Shown here in pieces: positions 21,196 to 32,124 of a DNA stretch of 64,000 nucleotides; within the stretch, counting starts at the first letter, position 1; each line of letters starts with the position of its first letter. The notes below the pieces were generated by a model. That model was not told where the DNA came from. It saw only the letters and a program-made list of their open reading frames with translations, and did no database searches. The stretch lies in assembly GCA_965116905.1 (NCBI GenBank), contig OZ220732.1, positions 544,001-608,000 of the forward strand. Reading direction: 5' to 3'. The position numbers and the translations under genes were made by a program. The DNA comes from Longimicrobiales bacterium (GTDB lineage: Bacteria; Gemmatimonadota; Gemmatimonadetes; Longimicrobiales; Gaopeijiaceae).

Positions 21196-21729
21196 CGAAG
21201 CCCTCCGGGTCGTCCCGCAACTCGTCCGGATCGAAGCCGGCCAGGATGTTGCGGACCTCCTCGATTCTGGCGGGCGGGGCGGTCACGTAGACGCCGAACG
21301 AGCCGTTGGAGCACTCCGGGTGATAGGCCACCAGCGGCCGCAGATTGGGCAGGCCGGCGTTGATGAAGAGGCCGATCACGGTCGAGAGCGCGCCGAACAG
21401 GATCGCGCACTCGAAGGCGATGATCACGTACGCGGGTATCGAGAGGATGGGCTTGCCACCGGTCACCAGCGGCCAGTCCATCGACGTCCACGAAGTGAAC
21501 GCGAAACCCGTCGCCGCGCCGGTCAGCCCGCCCGCAAGGGTGAACACCCTGACGGGACTGTGGGTCAGGGCCAGCCCCTCCTCCAGCAACTCGTGCTCCG
21601 GGAGCGGCGCATAGGCCCGGAACCCCTTGTGTCCCGCGGCGCGCAACGCCTTGCAGGCTTCCACCGTCGAGTCGAGGTGCGTGAAGAGGGCGAAAACCCC
21701 CTGGTGCCCGCGCCGGAACCTGGCTCCGA

Positions 21730-21733
<4 letters not shown>
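21188..21733 (-). CDS. actD: Alternative complex III subunit ActD (DUF3341)
   Basis: Two TM segments around 'DWPLVTGGKP...AFECAILF'; position after actC. Confidence 0.88.
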
Positions 21734-23103
<1,370 letters not shown>

Positions 23104-23106
23104 CGG

Positions 23107-26100
23107 CTAGTGCCCGCCATCGTCCACATCGTGGTGGGTGACCTTCTTGAGGTAGTGGACCGCCGGCTGGGTGTTGATGAACGCGTCCAGTACGCGGTAG
23201 ACGCGCTCGTCGACCGCGGCCGACGCCACCTGCGATTCGTGATCGCGGATGTTGCCGAAGCTGATCACCTCGGCCGGGCAGACGCTCTGGCACGCGGTCC
23301 GAACCTCGCCGTCACGGATGTCGCGTCCCTCGACCGCCGCGCGGTTCCCCGCTTCCCGGATCCGCTGGACGCAGAACGTGCACTTCTCCATGACGCCGTT
23401 GTCCCGCACCGTCACGTCCGGATTGAACTGCCAGTTCATGGGCTCGGGAATGTTCTCCCGGGTGTACCGATACCAGTTGAAGACCCGGACCTTGTACGGG
23501 CAGTTGTTGGCGCAGTACCGCGTACCCACGCAGCGGTTGTACGCCTGGGCGTTCAGCCCGTCGGGCGTGTGATAGGCCGCGAACACCGGGCAGACGGGTT
23601 CGCAGGGGGCGTTGTTGCAGTGCTGGCAGAGCATCGGCAGGAAGCGGATGTCCACCGGCCCCGAGTGCGACGCGTCGACCGTCTCGTAGTAACGCTCGAG
23701 CCGCATCCAGTGCATCTCGCGGCCCATGGTGGCCTGCGTCTCGCCAACCCACGGGATGTTGTTCTCGGCCTGGCAGGCGGTGATGCAGGCCCCGCACCCC
23801 GTGCACTTGTCGAGGTCGATGGCCATCGCCCAGCGGGGCCCCTCGTGATCGTACTCGCCGAAGTCCGACCCGGGCAGCGGGAAATCCTCCGCCAGCCCCT
23901 CGGTTGCGACCGGACGGAAGCCGCCTCCTTCCTGCAGCTCCCGGATCTGGTCATGTGCGTCGCCGGCGCCGTGTTCGTCCTCGGCCGCGTGTCCAAGGGC
24001 GGAGAGCGCCACGGCGGGCGTGACGTTGCGGTCGTCCTGGTCGCTTGAGCCCTCGGTCGAGGTCAGGCGCCGCCAGGCGCCCGTGGGGGTCACGGTGACA
24101 CGGGTCGAAATCAGCGCAAGCGTCCCGGACACGGCGTCGGTGGCCTCCGGGAGAAGTTCCATGGGATTGACGCCGTTGCCGTTGGCGAACTGCCCGTAGT
24201 CGGTATGGCCGCCGCCCATGGCCAGGGCCACCACGTCTTCCCGTATCCCCGGGTAGACCCACACCGGGACTTCCACAGTGCCGTTCGCCGAGGCAATGCT
24301 CACGACATCGCCCGACCTCAGGCCGAGACGCTCGGCTGTGGCCGGGTTCAACTCGGCCCACGAGTGCCACATCACCTTCGAGACCGGATCGGGCAGCTCC
24401 AGCAGCCACGGGCGATTTGCGTGGGTACCGTCGCCGAAACGCGGGGACGGGTGGACCAGCAGCGTCAGGTCGCCATCGCCGCTGAGCCCGGGCAGACGAA
24501 AGTCGACCGCGGTCGTCGGAGCCTGCAACGCGCCGACCTTGGGCGTGAGGTCCGTGTACGACACCGAACCCGTTCGCAGCAGTTCCCGCCACAGAGCGCC
24601 CGGATCGCCGACCAGTCCTGCCGCCTCACCGTTTTGCGCGAGCCACGCGTCGTGCGCGCCGCGCAGGTAGTCGTGGAAGTTCGCCGCGCCAAAGTCGTGG
24701 CCCAGTCGGCGGCCCGTTTCCAGGAGGACATCGCTCATCGGGCGGGAGTCGTATGCGGGAACGGGACGCATGGCCGGTTGCCTGACCGAATACGTGCCCG
24801 GCGCGGGAATGGCATCGCCCCAGGATTCGAGCACGTGGGCATCCGGCAGCACCAGGTCGGCCAGCGCCGATGTCTCGTCCAGCGCAGTCGCGAAAGCGAC
24901 CTTGAAGGGAACCAGCGCGAAAGCGTCGCGGAATCCGGATGCGGACGGCAGGGAGTAGGCGGGGTTGGTCCCGGCCACAACCGCCACGCCGTAGACGCCG
25001 CCGCTCATTCCGCGGATCGCGTCCGCCACGTCGGCGTACGACGAAGCCTCGGCGTCGGGCGCGTCGTCGATGTGCATGGTGCGGCCCAGGCTGCCCGCCG
25101 CCGCGTTGAGGATGAGGACGGCGAGGTTCGCCGCCGTCGCGGTCTGATGGTGCCCCGCTGCTCCCGGTCCCAGCGCCAGTCCCACGCCCGCCTCGAACTG
25201 ATCCGCGAGCGCCGCGAGGGCCTCGGCCTCCACGCCCGCAACCTCGGCGGCGTCCTCCAGTCTCTGTCCCGCGACAAGCTCGGTGTACGGTCCGGCGTCG
25301 CCACCGCGCCGCACGAGTTCGCCGGCAACCGCCAGCGCGATCTGAGTCTCCGAACCCGCCCGGGCCGGAATCCACTCGTCCGCGTTCTGGCCGGTCAGCG
25401 AAAGGCGTGGCCCCACGAATACGAACTTGCCCTTGACGCCGTGATCCACCCCGTGCATGGCGGCGAAGTCCGCACCGAAGGAGACCGGGGACAGCCATGT
25501 TTCGAGGAAGTCGGCCCCGAACGACACGAGAAAGTCGGCCGCCGCGATGTCGTACCGGGGCAGCGCATTGACGCCGAACGCGATCTCGGTGGCTCTCCTC
25601 AGCGCGGGGTCATCCAACGCGTCATGGATGGCCCGCTGACCGCCGACCGCATCGACGAAGCTGTTGAGCAGAAGGCCCTCGGTCGGTCCCTTCTTCCCGG
25701 TCAGGAAGAGCGACCGCCCGCCGGTGCCCATGCGCTCCACCAGCATCTCGAGCGCTTCGTCCCAGGTAATCTCCTCGAACCCGTCCGGGCCCGCGCGCAT
25801 CGGCGCGGCGACGCGATCCGGGTTGTAGAGCCCCTGCAACGCGGAGACCCCGCGCGAGCAGACCCCTCCGCGGGAAACGGGATGCTCGGGATTCCCCTCG
25901 ATCATCACCGCGCGCCCCTCGCGGGTCCGCACCCTGATCCCGCAACCGCTCGAGCATTCGCCGCACGTCGACGCGTACCAGGTAGCGACCCCGGGTGTAA
26001 TCTCCTCCGGAGGCGTCACGTAGGGGATCAGTCGCTCGACGCTGTCGGTCGAACATCCGGCGACGGCAGCCCCGGCGCTTCCGGCACCGACCACCTTCAG

Positions 26101-26130
26101 AAAGTCACGCCGTCCGAATCCGTCGCTCAT
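23107..26130 (-). CDS. actB: Alternative complex III subunit ActB (molybdopterin oxidoreductase-like domain fused to polyferredoxin)
   Basis: Tat signal GRRDFLK with AVAGC; C-terminal CTGCGAC, CQHC..PC..VCP, CVGTRYCANNCP and KCTFC Fe-S motifs. Confidence 0.92.
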   Translation of the reverse strand: MSDGFGRRDFLKVVGAGSAGAAVAGCSTDSVERLIPYVTPPEEITPGVATWYASTCGECSSGCGIRVRTREGRAVMIEGNPEHPVSRGGVCSRGVSALQGLYNPDRVAAPMRAGPDGFEEITWDEALEMLVERMGTGGRSLFLTGKKGPTEGLLLNSFVDAVGGQRAIHDALDDPALRRATEIAFGVNALPRYDIAAADFLVSFGADFLETWLSPVSFGADFAAMHGVDHGVKGKFVFVGPRLSLTGQNADEWIPARAGSETQIALAVAGELVRRGGDAGPYTELVAGQRLEDAAEVAGVEAEALAALADQFEAGVGLALGPGAAGHHQTATAANLAVLILNAAAGSLGRTMHIDDAPDAEASSYADVADAIRGMSGGVYGVAVVAGTNPAYSLPSASGFRDAFALVPFKVAFATALDETSALADLVLPDAHVLESWGDAIPAPGTYSVRQPAMRPVPAYDSRPMSDVLLETGRRLGHDFGAANFHDYLRGAHDAWLAQNGEAAGLVGDPGALWRELLRTGSVSYTDLTPKVGALQAPTTAVDFRLPGLSGDGDLTLLVHPSPRFGDGTHANRPWLLELPDPVSKVMWHSWAELNPATAERLGLRSGDVVSIASANGTVEVPVWVYPGIREDVVALAMGGGHTDYGQFANGNGVNPMELLPEATDAVSGTLALISTRVTVTPTGAWRRLTSTEGSSDQDDRNVTPAVALSALGHAAEDEHGAGDAHDQIRELQEGGGFRPVATEGLAEDFPLPGSDFGEYDHEGPRWAMAIDLDKCTGCGACITACQAENNIPWVGETQATMGREMHWMRLERYYETVDASHSGPVDIRFLPMLCQHCNNAPCEPVCPVFAAYHTPDGLNAQAYNRCVGTRYCANNCPYKVRVFNWYRYTRENIPEPMNWQFNPDVTVRDNGVMEKCTFCVQRIREAGNRAAVEGRDIRDGEVRTACQSVCPAEVISFGNIRDHESQVASAAVDERVYRVLDAFINTQPAVHYLKKVTHHDVDDGGH

Positions 26131-26699
26131 CAGTAGTGACACACCGTGCAATCGCGCGACGCACCGCGCTCCAGGTGGCATGAGACGCACCAGCCCATGC
26201 GCAAATCACCTGCTTCGGGCGCCATCTCTTCGAGCACTCCCATGGCCTGCACCTCTCCGTGGCAGGTCTGGCAGGTGACCCCCGCGGCAACGTGCCGCAT
26301 ATGCGGGAACTTCACGTGGTCCGCGACCTTGTAGATGCGCTTCCACGGAATGGGCGTCCCCGAATTGCCGTATTCGAGAACCCTGGCGACCTCGGCGGGG
26401 TTGTTCCGCCCCGGAATCGCCTGGTGACAGCCCACGCACGTCGCCACCGGCGGAATCCCGGCATCGACCGAACGCTCCGCCGAGAAATGGCAGTACTGAC
26501 AGTCGATCAGGAACTGTCCCGCGTGGGTGTCGTGCGGGAACTGGATCGGCTGGAACTGCTCCGAGTCCTCGGCGACCTCATCGATCGCGCCGCCGTCGGG
26601 AGCCTGTCGGCCGGCCACCAGGGCGACCGTAAAGAGAACCGGCGCTACTGCGACACCGGTCCCGAGCCACAACCTTTTCATTCGAGCAGTAGGCATCAC
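26130..26699 (-). CDS. actA: Alternative complex III pentaheme cytochrome c ActA
   Basis: Five CxxCH motifs (CQYCH, CVGCH, CQTCH, CVSCH, CTVCH); QPIQFPH; N-terminal TM. Confidence 0.92.
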   Translation of the reverse strand: MMPTARMKRLWLGTGVAVAPVLFTVALVAGRQAPDGGAIDEVAEDSEQFQPIQFPHDTHAGQFLIDCQYCHFSAERSVDAGIPPVATCVGCHQAIPGRNNPAEVARVLEYGNSGTPIPWKRIYKVADHVKFPHMRHVAAGVTCQTCHGEVQAMGVLEEMAPEAGDLRMGWCVSCHLERGASRDCTVCHY

Positions 26700-26765
26700 G
26701 GACCCGTCGCCGGGCCGACGTTGAGAGTTGAAGGGATTCCATCAGGGGTACGGAGAAGCCGAAGG

Positions 26766-26795
26766 AAGGTAGGGAATCGTCCACGACGATGTCAA
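26766..26795 (-). promoter_or_regulatory. Candidate sigma70 promoter for act operon
   Basis: TTGACA-N18-TACCTT on minus strand. Confidence 0.55.
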
Positions 26796-26952
26796 CGAAG
26801 CCGGGTCGCCGAGGTCGGCGAGCGGCATCCCGCGGGGCACCCCCCGCCGGCCCGGTGGCCGGTGCCCGCGCTTCCCGCCGGGGCGACGACGGAGTCGTCC
26901 CGATCCCGAACCGCCTTTTGCGGCGACAGCCTCGTGCACTAGACTAGAATCC

Positions 26953-27279
26953 ATGGAACCTTCGTCTGTGCCCCCCGACCCGCCGGTTCCGTCGATCCCG
27001 ACCGACGATGCGGACAACGGTACCGCGCACGCCATGCACATCACCACCTTCACGCACGAAGGGAGGTTCTGGGATGTGCACCTGGAGTTCGTGGACGAAG
27101 GCCAGGCCACGGAATCCTGCCGGGGGCGGCTCTGCTACATCCCCACGGACCAGGCCGACCACGAGGAGCCGATACGGACGGCCGTGATCTTCATCGAGCC
27201 GAGCTATGAAGAGGTCAGGCAGGCCGCCCTGGATCTGGACCGCTACAACCTGGCGGCCTTGCTCCGCTCCGTCAGCTGA
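26953..27279 (+). CDS. Hypothetical protein
   Basis: Protein-like composition, fills the gap before the GATase gene; alternative start ATG27034. Confidence 0.65.
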   Translation: MEPSSVPPDPPVPSIPTDDADNGTAHAMHITTFTHEGRFWDVHLEFVDEGQATESCRGRLCYIPTDQADHEEPIRTAVIFIEPSYEEVRQAALDLDRYNLAALLRSVS

Positions 27280-27293
27280 ATCCGCCGGGGCAC

Positions 27294-28043
27294 GTGCCGC
27301 AATCCCTTTCGCCGCTCCGGTGCCTGCTGCTCCAGGTCCGGGACCCGGGCGACCCGATGATGTCGCACGAGGTCTCTTCCTTCGAGCGCGCCCTCGCGCC
27401 GATGCCGGCGGAGATCGGGGTTTTCGACCTCCTCGGCGGAAGGCTGCGAAGCGCGGATCTCGCCGGCATCGATCTCTTGCTGCTCGGCGGGAGCGGGGCC
27501 TATTCCGCCGCGATCGGAGGCCCGTGGTTCGCCACCGCCATGGATTCGTTGCGCACCGTGCATGGCTCCGGTGTTCCCGCGTTCGCCTCGTGCTGGGGAT
27601 TCCAGGCCATGGCGGCCGCGATGGGTGGCCGGGTCGTTCAGGACCGGAGCCGCGCCGAAGTGGGGACCCATCGGGTGTTTCTCACCGCCGAGGCTCGCCG
27701 GGATCCGGTCTTCGGCAGCCTTCCGCTTTCGTTCGCCGCGCAAATGGGGCACGAGGACCTTGTGGAGGAACTGCCGCCCCGAACGACACTGCTTGCTTCG
27801 TCGAACGCGGTCGTCAATCAGGCGTACCGCTTCGAGGACGCGCCCGTCTACTGCACCCAGTTCCACCCCGAGCTGGATTCGGCGGGACTGCTGGCCCGCT
27901 TGTCCACCTATCCGAGGTACGCCGCCGAAGTTGCCGGCGCGTCGTTCCAGGAGATCGTGGACCGGACGGAGGAAACCCCGGCAGCCAATCGACTGGTCCG
28001 CCTTTTCGCCGAGCACGCCGTGCGCAGGGCTAGGCCTGCTTGA
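27294..28043 (+). CDS. Class I glutamine amidotransferase-like protein
   Basis: LGGSG, SCWGFQ (nucleophile Cys) and QFHPE (His-Glu) motifs. Confidence 0.9.
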   Translation: MPQSLSPLRCLLLQVRDPGDPMMSHEVSSFERALAPMPAEIGVFDLLGGRLRSADLAGIDLLLLGGSGAYSAAIGGPWFATAMDSLRTVHGSGVPAFASCWGFQAMAAAMGGRVVQDRSRAEVGTHRVFLTAEARRDPVFGSLPLSFAAQMGHEDLVEELPPRTTLLASSNAVVNQAYRFEDAPVYCTQFHPELDSAGLLARLSTYPRYAAEVAGASFQEIVDRTEETPAANRLVRLFAEHAVRRARPA

Positions 28044-29277
28044 TCCAGCGCACGAGTTCTCGAAGCGTGGGGCGTTTCCCCTGCATGAGGATGCCTACAC
28101 GGTAGATCCGGCCCGCCACCCATGCCGTCCCGATCAGGGCCGCCACCATCAGCACCAGCGACGCGCCCACCATCCACCACGGCACCGCGCCCACCACGGC
28201 CCTCGGATACATCATGATCGGCGAGAAGAACGGGAAGAGGGCCGCCCAATCCATCCACGGAAGCCTGCTGCCCTCGATCGATGTCATCTGCAGGATGAAG
28301 GGAACGATCAGAAGCATCATGACCGGGAACTGCGCCTGCTGGGCCTCTTCCTCCGTACTGCACATTGCGCCCACGGCGGCAAAGAGCGACGAGTAGAGGA
28401 AGTACCCCAGTAGGAAGAACACCAACAGGAGGCCAAGGGCACCGACCCCCGGCATCAGCTGCCCCAGTTCCGCGACATCCACCTGGGGCCAGTTCGCCGC
28501 GATCATCGGGATCCCCAGCAGTCCGATCAGTGCGGCGCACGCCACCCAGATCCCCACCTGGGTAAGTCCCATCGAACCCACCCCCAAGATCTTCCCGAGC
28601 ATGAGGCGCCACGGGCTGATCGACGACACCACCACCTCGACGACGCGGTTGCGCTTTTCGTCCAGAACGGAACGCAGCACATAGGCTCCGTAGAAGAGCA
28701 TCGTGAAGTAAAGAAGGAACGCCCCCGCGAAGCCGGTCGCCATCCCCGACACGCGTTCCAGCTCCGACTGCTCCTCGCCCAGCGACTCGAAGGACAGTCG
28801 CCCGCCTGCGAGCAGCTCCCGCAGCCCCGCGGTATTCTCCGCAAACGAGAGCCGCAGTTCCAGCACGTTCTCCACCACGACGTTCTCGAACACCGCAGCG
28901 CGCAGCCGTCCTGGCGCCTCGGTGCCCCGATAGGCGAAGACCCCCTCCTGCATGGTCAGGTCGTCGAGGACGACGTAGGCCTCGATCTCGTCCTCGTTCA
29001 CGCGCCGGTCCATCTCCTGCAGGTCGACACCGCGGTCAACCAGTTCAACGTCGTAGCCCACCGCCTCCATGCCCGCGGCCACCGCCTCGCCGAGCTGCCC
29101 CGTGAGGTCGACCAGCGCGAGGTCGCGCTCGCTACGCTCCGCCTGGATGCCGAGGAACACACTCAGGCCGATCAGACCGATCATGAGCACCGGCATCGCG
29201 ATCGTCGCGATGATGAAGCCCTTGGTTCTGACCCGCTCGACGTACTCGCGCCGCAGGACTACCCAGACCTGTCTCAT
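28030..29277 (-). CDS. ABC-2 type exporter permease (NatB-like)
   Basis: RREYVERVRTKGF, EKRNRVVEVVVSS and LMLGKILG motifs. Confidence 0.9.
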   Translation of the reverse strand: MRQVWVVLRREYVERVRTKGFIIATIAMPVLMIGLIGLSVFLGIQAERSERDLALVDLTGQLGEAVAAGMEAVGYDVELVDRGVDLQEMDRRVNEDEIEAYVVLDDLTMQEGVFAYRGTEAPGRLRAAVFENVVVENVLELRLSFAENTAGLRELLAGGRLSFESLGEEQSELERVSGMATGFAGAFLLYFTMLFYGAYVLRSVLDEKRNRVVEVVVSSISPWRLMLGKILGVGSMGLTQVGIWVACAALIGLLGIPMIAANWPQVDVAELGQLMPGVGALGLLLVFFLLGYFLYSSLFAAVGAMCSTEEEAQQAQFPVMMLLIVPFILQMTSIEGSRLPWMDWAALFPFFSPIMMYPRAVVGAVPWWMVGASLVLMVAALIGTAWVAGRIYRVGILMQGKRPTLRELVRWIKQA

Positions 29278-30215
29278 CGCGCACCTCCCGCCACCCCAAG
29301 CGCCGGTTCCGGGTCCGGTTGTCCCGCATGCCTCACGAAGATCTCGTGCAGACTGGGCTCCAGCAGTTCGAAGCGGCGCAACATCACCCGTTCGGCCACT
29401 GCGGCCGCCAGAAGCCGGTCGGGCTCGACCCCGAGATCCGCACCGATGTGATACGTGTCGTCCACCTTCTTCGGGTTGGTGATGCCCTGCCGGACCAGCC
29501 AACCGTCGTCGCCCTCGAACTCGATGGCGATGGCACCCGTTCGTTCGCGTCGCTTCAACTGCTTGAGGTTGCCATCGAGCACCTTGCAGGACCGGGAGAT
29601 GAGACAAACCCTTTCGCAGAGGCGCTCCGCCTGGTCCATGAGGTGCGTTGAGAAGAGGATGGTGGTGCCCTGCTCGTGCTGTTCCCGGACGATGGACTCC
29701 AGCACGTCCTGATTGATGGGGTCCAGGCCGCTGAAGGGTTCGTCGAGGATCAGAAGGTCCGGATCGTGCAGGACGGTGCCGATGAACTGCACCTTCTGCT
29801 GCATGCCCTTCGAGAGTTGCTGCACCTTCTTGTTCGCCCACTCCTCGAGGCCCAGCCGCTCCAGCCACTCCATGGCGCGCCGGCGCACGATCTGACGGGT
29901 CATGCCACGCAATTCACCGAGGAAGACGAGCTGCTCGAGCACCTTCATCTTCTCGTAGACCCCGCGTTCCTCGGGGAGGTACCCCACCCGATTCCGCCGC
30001 GTGAAGTCCGGGAATCCGCCGAGCAGTTCGACGGTGCCCCGGTCGGGGAGGAGGATGGCCATGATCATCCGGATCGTGGTCGTCTTGCCCGATCCGTTGG
30101 GCCCGAGGAGGCCGAGGATTGTCCCACGGGGGATGTCGAGGTCGAAATCCGAAACCGCCGTGTGTGCGCCGAAGCGCTTGGTGATGCCCGAAAGGCGAAC
30201 CGCGTAATCCGTCAC
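29274..30215 (-). CDS. ABC transporter ATP-binding protein (NatA-like)
   Basis: GPNGSGKTT, GYLPEERG, LSKGMQQK and ILDEPFSGLDP motifs. Confidence 0.93.
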   Translation of the reverse strand: MTDYAVRLSGITKRFGAHTAVSDFDLDIPRGTILGLLGPNGSGKTTTIRMIMAILLPDRGTVELLGGFPDFTRRNRVGYLPEERGVYEKMKVLEQLVFLGELRGMTRQIVRRRAMEWLERLGLEEWANKKVQQLSKGMQQKVQFIGTVLHDPDLLILDEPFSGLDPINQDVLESIVREQHEQGTTILFSTHLMDQAERLCERVCLISRSCKVLDGNLKQLKRRERTGAIAIEFEGDDGWLVRQGITNPKKVDDTYHIGADLGVEPDRLLAAAVAERVMLRRFELLEPSLHEIFVRHAGQPDPEPALGVAGGAR

Positions 30216-30509
30216 GAGACTGTACCCGAGTGGAAGTGGAGGACTGTTGCGCGCTGCTGCGCGTCGCGTGCATGCCTGAGCGTGGCGTGCATGCCGTCCG
30301 GTCACCGGACCCGCCGGCACGCGAACCATTCGTCAGGATGCCAACACAGGGTACGCCAAGCCTGTCGGAAGCCTTCAATTGGACTGCAGTTACCGCCCTG
30401 ATTGCGGCCATCGCCGTGACGCCGATCCGGGATGACGTCACGCGGCCGGACCTCCAGGGGAGATTTTGGTTATTCTAAGAGTGCGCTACCAGTACACGAA
30501 GGAGTTCGA

Positions 30510-30701
30510 GTGGCTATCTACCGTACCATTTTCTACGGCGACATTACAGTGGGCACGGGGGGCAGAATGACGATCCCCCTGTCGATGCGGGACCGATGCG
30601 GCATCCAGGAGGGGGACACCTTGACGGTCCGGGTGGAGGAGAATCCGAAGGGGATTCGCCAACTGGTCATGTGGAGAAGGGTTACCGACCCGGAGGACTG
30701 A
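30510..30701 (+). CDS. AbrB/MazE/SpoVT-family small DNA-binding protein (no linked toxin)
   Basis: GRMTIPLSMRDRCGIQEGDTL signature; AAGGAG SD before GTG30510. Confidence 0.8.
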   Translation: MAIYRTIFYGDITVGTGGRMTIPLSMRDRCGIQEGDTLTVRVEENPKGIRQLVMWRRVTDPED

Positions 30702-30747
30702 CCGCAATCAACCGGATCACGCCGGGGCACGGACCCCGGGTGGCCGG

Positions 30748-32124
30748 TCACCGCAGTTCGGCCCAGCGAACGAGTTCCAGGAGCGGACGGCTTCCGTCGT
30801 GGAGCCAGTCCGGATCGGGGAAGGGGACCTGATCGAGCGGCACGATCCTCGTCGCCCCAATGGCAGCGAGCGCCTCACCGAACTCGTGGCGGCGAGAGCC
30901 CATGCCGGCCAGCCCCACGGTCTGCAGGACACGGGCAAGGGGCGTCAGGACCTCGACGCACCCGGCCAGGTCCGGGACCGGTACGACCCAGGCGGTGCGG
31001 CCGCCCACCGGCTCGAAGAGCTCGGGCGGCGCGAGGGCGACGGTCCAGGCTCCCGCGTCGCCGGTCCACAGCCGGACGTCGTCTGAAGCCGCGCGTTGCA
31101 GCGCAAGCCGCCCCCGCAACTGGTGCCGGGCGGACCAGTCGCCGGCAGCTGAAGCCGCCGGAGGCAGCGTGTTCGCCAGCGCCTGCAAACGGGCCGCGAA
31201 GCGGGCGGACCAGTCGCGAGCATCGCCGTGGCTGCCGAGAACCAGGATCAGGTGGGTGCTGACACACCCCTTCTGGTCGAACAGCGCGACGGCCTGGGCC
31301 GCTTGACCATCGGCATCGGGAGCCGCGCAGGGATCGACGATCGCGACGCCGAGGCGGTGGGGATGCTCGATCACCCGGGTGGCAGCGGGGGTTCTGGCGC
31401 GGATAGACTCGATCGCGTTGTCGCCGCCGTATACGACGACCTGGCCGGCTCGTGTGAGGACCTCCCGCTCCCATGCCTCCCAGTCCGGGTCGCCGCCGGG
31501 CCAGTACTGAACCGCCAACGCACCGCGCAGCCGGTCGTCGGCGCGTCCCAGTTCCCGGGCGAACAGGGTGGTCAGGGCGATGTCCCCCGCGCCGGGCTTG
31601 GCCAGCACCGGCGACTTGACCAGCAGGGCCCGAATGATGGATGTAACCGTCACTCCGGGCACGGACCCCGCTCCGACGTGCACCGTGACGCCCGGCGCGG
31701 CCGCCCGGATCTCCCTGCCGGAATCTGCGACGAACCCGTCCAGCACCGCGGGATCGGCGAATTCGGAGCGCAGCAGGCGATCCAGCGCCTCGGTGGTCCA
31801 GGAGTCGGCCATGCCGTGGACCACCACCCGCGCCATGGCCGGTGTGAGGCCCGCGTTGCCCGCCACTTCGGCCACGGTGCGGTCGTCGAGCCGTTGGGCC
31901 AGGCGCTCCCCGGCGGCGCCGAGGACATTCACAAGGTCGTTGGCGCACATGGCCGCAAGACGCTCTCGCGACTCGGCCAGGCACGACATCACCGTACTAG
32001 CTAAGTGATGGTCGGACTTGGGGTAACGAATGTTCGTCCCACCAGCCGTGCCCGTTTGGAACGCGTCCGGGCCGGCAAGACCTGGAGGCCAGACCCAGCC
32101 GTCGGCCGGGATGCCGCTGCTCAT
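30748..32124 (-). CDS. Acyl-CoA reductase, LuxC family
   Basis: HVGAGSVP, VVYGGD and FDQKGCVS (catalytic Cys) motifs; overlaps luxE-like stop. Confidence 0.85.
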   Translation of the reverse strand: MSSGIPADGWVWPPGLAGPDAFQTGTAGGTNIRYPKSDHHLASTVMSCLAESRERLAAMCANDLVNVLGAAGERLAQRLDDRTVAEVAGNAGLTPAMARVVVHGMADSWTTEALDRLLRSEFADPAVLDGFVADSGREIRAAAPGVTVHVGAGSVPGVTVTSIIRALLVKSPVLAKPGAGDIALTTLFARELGRADDRLRGALAVQYWPGGDPDWEAWEREVLTRAGQVVVYGGDNAIESIRARTPAATRVIEHPHRLGVAIVDPCAAPDADGQAAQAVALFDQKGCVSTHLILVLGSHGDARDWSARFAARLQALANTLPPAASAAGDWSARHQLRGRLALQRAASDDVRLWTGDAGAWTVALAPPELFEPVGGRTAWVVPVPDLAGCVEVLTPLARVLQTVGLAGMGSRRHEFGEALAAIGATRIVPLDQVPFPDPDWLHDGSRPLLELVRWAELR

